Positions 59,749-64,000 of a stretch of 64,000 nt of DNA are shown one piece after another (position 1 is the stretch's first letter; every line of letters begins with the position of its first letter). The DNA lies in IMG/VR virus record IMGVR_UViG_3300028572_000010, positions 62,001 through 126,000 of that record, one strand, 5' to 3'. The stretch comes from an uncultured virus (IMG/VR IMGVR_UViG_3300028572_000010) (taxonomy: Duplodnaviria; Heunggongvirae; Uroviricota; Caudoviricetes). The position numbers and the translations under genes are program-made. The notes beneath the pieces were generated by a model. It did not search any database. It had not been told where the DNA came from and was given only the letters and a program-made list of their open reading frames with translations.

Positions 59749-60318
59749 TTAGAATTCAAGACCGATCCCTGCCTGCCAACGAACTCCATTATCACTCCCA
59801 CTAGTACGCCAACTCTTACCTGATTCTTGAGTAAACAAGTCATAATTAGCGCCGGCATAAGAATAGGTATGATCGTTAAAATACCATTGCAGCAAGATTT
59901 CAGGCCCGGTTCTCCACAAATCAGAAACACCAGCACCATAAACGTTACCTATACTCCAACCTCCGTTAAAGTATAGGTTCCTCCAAATCTGCTGGTTCCA
60001 ATCTGCATCAATATCTGTAGCCCCACCAAACAAAGGCTGCCAGTAAATGCTCTGACTAGCACCAACCCAGATACTCGGAACCTGTTTGAACGGATCAATA
60101 GAGAAGGAGGTATCAAATCCTACTGTATTGTGGTTGTTATATGAAGTACCGGCACCACCAAATGTAATGTCGATCTTATTATAGTCAACACTACCTACAT
60201 TAGTTTCACTCAATGTAGGCGGACTGAGTATAATTGGTGTGTGGTTAGTATTGGTTTCGGCCAATGTTGTAATTGCTGACAATATAGTAATTGCCAGCAA
60301 GATTGTAGTTTTTATCAT
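59749..60318 (-). CDS. outer-membrane beta-barrel-like protein
   Basis: Signal peptide, about 8 amphipathic strands, C-terminal VRWQAGIGLEF. Confidence 0.65.
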   Translation of the reverse strand: MIKTTILLAITILSAITTLAETNTNHTPIILSPPTLSETNVGSVDYNKIDITFGGAGTSYNNHNTVGFDTSFSIDPFKQVPSIWVGASQSIYWQPLFGGATDIDADWNQQIWRNLYFNGGWSIGNVYGAGVSDLWRTGPEILLQWYFNDHTYSYAGANYDLFTQESGKSWRTSGSDNGVRWQAGIGLEF

Positions 60319-60333
60319 TGCTTTTGTTTTGTT

Positions 60334-61410
60334 TTAGTTTGAATTTACTGGGATGATGGATTGTAGAATAATGACCTTAAAAAGCACCATCAATTGCTGC
60401 TTACTAATATTGTTACCTGTCAGATCAATTGTAACTGCTGAATGTGACGTTGCATCATCTACTAATGGCAACGTATCTTTATATTTTATCGTACCGGTCA
60501 ATCCTGCAATCTTGGTATCAGTATCAAAGAAAGAGGATTCATCAGATGTTGATACACTAAAAGCTGCATCAGGATTAGGTAGAGGTTCATTAACTCTGAT
60601 ATCGAAGTCATATTCACCCAAACCATTTGATTCTCGATTAGGATCAGGAACCCACCTAAAAATACCAGCAATTCGATCAATTTTCACACCACTTATATCA
60701 TTGTATTGAGCAGTCAGATTATTAAGAAACCAACATTTCTTATCATAATCATATAACAGCTCACCATTGACAGTAACGGAATCATAATAACCTAACGGGC
60801 CTTGACCAATTATGACTTGATTAAACGACATCTTATCATACTTCTTTAGTTGTACTGTAGTTGTCTTACCATTAATACATCTGGTAATGTTAATCAGGCT
60901 TAGACTATCAGCCCAATTATCCGGTTTATTAGGTATCTTGCCAGCAGCAGTTCCTTTAAAGTAGCTAGTAAATCCTCCAGCTTGTCCCATTGGTAGAATA
61001 TCAAATACTAGACTACCTGAATCATAGTTATATACCCCATTATCATTAATAGGTACAATACCATGTAATGATCCAATATTCTTGGTTTGAGCAGGATTAT
61101 GTGGGTTAACTACATCACAATCAACGTTATAAGCCAATGCTCGATGTTGAGTCACAGCCTTGCTCACCCAACCACTAATGATTTGTGGAGTGTCTTGAAT
61201 AGTACCGTGAAATAAGACACTATTGGCTACGTTGAAATTCAGATTATACACATCCCTCACACCAGGTATGTTGGGTGAATTGAAGGTATTGAATTTAATG
61301 TCCATTGTCCCTTTAATGAATAAGGGTGAGGGAGGTGTTTGAGCCGATACTCCGAGCACAAAAAGAAGTGATAGGAGTAAGCTGTTGATTTTCCAAAGAT
61401 GTGTGTTCAT
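60334..61410 (-). CDS. secreted protein of unknown function
   Basis: Signal peptide LLLSLLFVLGVSA-Q; beta-rich. Confidence 0.6.
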   Translation of the reverse strand: MNTHLWKINSLLLSLLFVLGVSAQTPPSPLFIKGTMDIKFNTFNSPNIPGVRDVYNLNFNVANSVLFHGTIQDTPQIISGWVSKAVTQHRALAYNVDCDVVNPHNPAQTKNIGSLHGIVPINDNGVYNYDSGSLVFDILPMGQAGGFTSYFKGTAAGKIPNKPDNWADSLSLINITRCINGKTTTVQLKKYDKMSFNQVIIGQGPLGYYDSVTVNGELLYDYDKKCWFLNNLTAQYNDISGVKIDRIAGIFRWVPDPNRESNGLGEYDFDIRVNEPLPNPDAAFSVSTSDESSFFDTDTKIAGLTGTIKYKDTLPLVDDATSHSAVTIDLTGNNISKQQLMVLFKVIILQSIIPVNSN

Positions 61411-61544
61411 GTATTAGTTTTGTTGTTGGTTTTGGTCAGGCATAACAGCTTGACTATCTTGTTGTTGTTGAGCACGGTTTAAGGCCAAAGCTACCAAAAT
61501 CAAGATGACTATGATAACAATTGACCCCATCAGTTTATAGTGTT

Positions 61545-62336
61545 TCATGTGATTTTTTGTTTAGGTATTCTCACGATGTCATTGTTACTAGTTGAAGTAA
61601 CTTCCGCATCCCAAATCTCAGCATCTTTTAAGGCTTTAGGGGTTGAGCTAACAATAGCTTTCTGTTTATCCGCCTCTTCCTCAGCTAGACTGATCTCCAA
61701 ACTACTGAATGCCTGATTAAGACTAGTCTGCACGCTATCCAGAGCTGTAGTAGTCTTTATCTTGGCAAAAATATCATTATCATTGAATCCAGCTGCCTCA
61801 TTAGCTTCTCTAGCAGCTTGAGCTAATTGCCATTCAGCATCGACTCTTTCAATAGTCTTGCCAAACTTCTGCAATTCATCCTTAGCCGCCATTAATTTCT
61901 GGGTCCTGGCTTTATAGATTTGATGGAGTTTCACACTCTCATCCCGATAAGCTGCTGCTCTATCAGGATAGTCTTTAATAAAACCATCCAATTTACTGTC
62001 AAAATTCTTGCACTGGGCACCAATATTCTCTACTGCAACTTTAGCAGCATCCCACAATTTCTGCTTACGCTGCTGTTCCACTAATAGAGTTTCTACTGGG
62101 TTTTTATTAGCTTCAGCCCTAATAGCCTTCAACCTCCAATTAGCAAATTTCATGCCGATATAAGGCCAGAAGTAGAGGGTGGAGTAACTGATACCGAAAG
62201 CAACTATCATACCCACCAATCCTTGGATAATGGTGAATATAAATGGAGCAACTATCAATGCGGTTAAGCAAAGTCCTCCAATTTTTACAATTGCTTGAAT
62301 TCTTTCTTTACGTTGTTCTGGTGTTAATGTGTTCAT
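61545..62336 (-). CDS. membrane-anchored coiled-coil protein (PspA-like architecture)
   Basis: Two N-terminal TM helices, NPVETL, long coiled coil. Confidence 0.55.
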   Translation of the reverse strand: MNTLTPEQRKERIQAIVKIGGLCLTALIVAPFIFTIIQGLVGMIVAFGISYSTLYFWPYIGMKFANWRLKAIRAEANKNPVETLLVEQQRKQKLWDAAKVAVENIGAQCKNFDSKLDGFIKDYPDRAAAYRDESVKLHQIYKARTQKLMAAKDELQKFGKTIERVDAEWQLAQAAREANEAAGFNDNDIFAKIKTTTALDSVQTSLNQAFSSLEISLAEEEADKQKAIVSSTPKALKDAEIWDAEVTSTSNNDIVRIPKQKIT

Positions 62337-62368
62337 TATTTGTTTTGTTTTGGCTGTTGTTCAAAGGA

Positions 62369-62400
62369 GGGAGTGGACCCTTAGCACGGTATCCACTCCC
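62369..62400 (-). terminator. probable intrinsic terminator after the permuted RNA
   Basis: GGGAGTGGA...TCCACTCCC stem. Confidence 0.5.
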
Positions 62401-62423
62401 CATAATTATATTTCAGATATAAC

Positions 62424-62597
62424 GTCTAGGCTAATCAACTTATTAATCACAATGCAACAAATGTTTAACTTAATCATAACGCTCTACCGCTAAGCTACCG
62501 GGCAATTCTGTGAAGTGGAATAAAATGGCTGCCCAGCTCGGATTTGAACCGAGGTCTTTACTTTAGTACATCTGTTATTGTAATTAACTACCTAAAC
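62424..62597 (-). ncRNA. circularly permuted tRNA-like RNA (YrlA-like topology)
   Basis: T arm plus acceptor 3' strand CTGGGCA-GCCA precede acceptor 5' strand TGCCCGG plus D arm; the ends pair as a long helix at the anticodon position. Confidence 0.7.
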
Positions 62598-62616
62598 TAA
62601 TTTTGAACTTAGGGTG

Positions 62617-62664
62617 AAAACTTGAGCTTCAACCTTATCTTTAACTTTAACTTGAGCTTGAGTT
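62617..62664 (-). repeat. hexamer tandem repeat
   Basis: AACTCA AGCTCA AGTTAA AGTTAA AGATAA GGTTGA AGCTCA AGTTTT. Confidence 0.6.
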
Positions 62665-62709
62665 GCAGAGCATAGTATATCTATGTCTCTGCTCACCCAA
62701 ATTGTTTGA

Positions 62710-63453
62710 TCACTTACCAAGGATGTATTTGACTATGTCCTGGCCGATTTTCTCGCCCACAACATCAATATTGTTGGCGCGTGCTTGTGCTGACTTGATA
62801 GCGGCCACCAAGTCCTCACAACGAGACAAAAGATCACTTTTTTCAGCTGGTGTGAGCATGCCAGACCACTCCGTTTCATGCTTATAACCTATTATCACAT
62901 CCCTTACTTCTTTCGTAGCCTGGGCCGGATGTTGAGCTGTGGCAGGAACCAGTACGAAAGGATAGAACTCCTTGGTAGTCCTGGAAGTGACCCGAGGTTC
63001 AGCTTTATAAACATCTTCACCTTGATCATGGTCAGGCTTGAAGTTTTTGACTGGATCAAGAGTTGGGATCTTTTCGAGCAGACTTTTGAAGGTCTGAATA
63101 TGCTTTTCAAGTTCCAGCAGACCAGTAGCCGGAATGTCCTTGAGTAGAACTGTACCATCCACAATTACATCTGCCTTAGCCAGACAATTTGTGGAATTGA
63201 TTCGATTACAGACATCCAGAACATTAGCAAAATCATTGCCGATCCAGCTCAGTTCTTTCCGTACTGTAGTTTGCCGCTTCACGTTCTTCTCCACCACATC
63301 CTGTTGATTTTCGCCCAAAGGTTTGAATATAACATGTTCTTCAACAAAGTGAAGGTGCTTCTTAGTGAAGAGTTCAGTCAAGTCACTGATTAGCTTTGTG
63401 AGCTTACCAACGACACCTGACTTTACTGCCAGGATTTCATGTAGTTTAGCCAT
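62710..63453 (-). CDS. conserved coiled-coil hypothetical protein (MAKLHEILAV type)
   Basis: 247 aa; bracketed by hexamer repeats, upstream of the permuted RNA. Confidence 0.7.
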   Translation of the reverse strand: MAKLHEILAVKSGVVGKLTKLISDLTELFTKKHLHFVEEHVIFKPLGENQQDVVEKNVKRQTTVRKELSWIGNDFANVLDVCNRINSTNCLAKADVIVDGTVLLKDIPATGLLELEKHIQTFKSLLEKIPTLDPVKNFKPDHDQGEDVYKAEPRVTSRTTKEFYPFVLVPATAQHPAQATKEVRDVIIGYKHETEWSGMLTPAEKSDLLSRCEDLVAAIKSAQARANNIDVVGEKIGQDIVKYILGK

Positions 63454-63455
63454 AA

Positions 63456-63502
63456 TTAGTTTGAGTTTAATGTTTAGTTTGAGTTTTAGCTTAGTGTTAG
63501 TT
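63456..63502 (-). repeat. hexamer tandem repeat in the 5' UTR
   Basis: AACTAA CACTAA GCTAA AACTCA AACTAA ACATTA AACTCA AACTAA immediately before the ATG. Confidence 0.6.
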
Positions 63503-63669
63503 CAGGAATATACTTCCCGTTCTTCGTTTCTTTTTGTTTCACCAGTTCCTTTACAGACTGGACATTTTTGCTTGTTTCTTTTGTTGGTTACGTGATGCTT
63601 GCCAACAATCCCTCTCCCACCACAATTAAGGCAGGTGGTTGGTACTTCGACTAGTTTTGTGTGTTTCAT
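63502..63669 (-). CDS. small DnaJ-type CxxCxGxG zinc-finger protein (not in ORF track)
   Basis: 55 aa MKHTKLVEVPTTCLNCGGRG...KCPVCKGTG. Confidence 0.6.
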   Translation of the reverse strand: MKHTKLVEVPTTCLNCGGRGIVGKHHVTNKRNKQKCPVCKGTGETKRNEEREVYS

Positions 63670-63815
63670 GATTTTAGTGTATTACTCCAAAATGTTTAAG
63701 GCACCAGAAAATAAAGTAAATAACCCCGCACAGTATAGTTAAATAGATTGTTACTGTAATCACCCAACCTAAAATTAGGTATTTGATCGCTTTTTTCTTG
63801 TAGTCAAGCATAGTT

Positions 63816-64000
63816 TTAGTGTTTTGTTAAATAGTTTACTAACATAAGTATCAAGGTTCCTCCAAGCAATACAAGAAATAGTTTTAAAACGAAATAAGGA
63901 TATTTATTTCGGTCCTGTATAGAATTGACGTTATGATGATAATCTTTACGATCTCTACAATATGTACAACCACTACAATTATTACAATCACTACAATGAC
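63816..64000 (-). CDS. (Cxx)n repeat protein with C-terminal TM helix (5' truncated)
   Basis: ...CSDCNNCSGCTYCRD...YFVLKLFLVLLGGTLILMLVNYLTKH*. Confidence 0.6.
   Translation of the reverse strand, partial: HCSDCNNCSGCTYCRDRKDYHHNVNSIQDRNKYPYFVLKLFLVLLGGTLILMLVNYLTKH

Noticed and set aside
62424..62597. Two-piece tmRNA
   Set aside because: No G3-U70 pair, a full tRNA D arm is present, no tag ORF is evident, and a one-piece tmRNA already exists at 58529-58940.

Overview
This 64 kb AT-rich window looks like part of a large (jumbo-type) contractile-tailed phage genome. The host is probably Gram-negative (two phage-encoded outer-membrane beta-barrel-like proteins; Thr-Asn-rich signal-peptide proteins reminiscent of Verrucomicrobia; both are inference). 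1-27.6 kb (+): virion morphogenesis module with neck/terminator, tail sheath, tube, spike/hub, a tail-assembly chaperone with a clear -1 frameshift signal, tape measure, baseplate, an embedded sigma70-family factor and five tandem paralogous fibre-like genes. 27.9-37 kb (-): large beta-helix/SGNH proteins that unexpectedly carry Sec signal peptides, plus fibre-like genes. 37.2-49 kb (-): a hypervariable array of (Cys-x-x)n repeat paralogs interleaved with SGNH, PTP-like, macrodomain and vWA genes; 16 ORFs from at least three unrelated families end in one shared C-terminal motif, R-x-L-[DE]-x-x-L-stop. 49.6-54.7 kb (+): probable portal, a DksA/TraR-type Zn finger and others. 54.7-64 kb (-): MYG1-family nuclease, an RNA cluster (tRNA-Cys, a tmRNA with a long non-canonical tag, two tRNA-like RNAs with large structured insertions), membrane/secreted proteins, and a circularly permuted tRNA-like (YrlA-like topology) RNA downstream of a gene bracketed by hexamer repeats. 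The top candidates for an undescribed system are the shared C-terminal tag and the permuted tRNA-like RNA/hexamer-repeat/protein unit. All product calls come from motif recognition and synteny by eye; no database searches were run.
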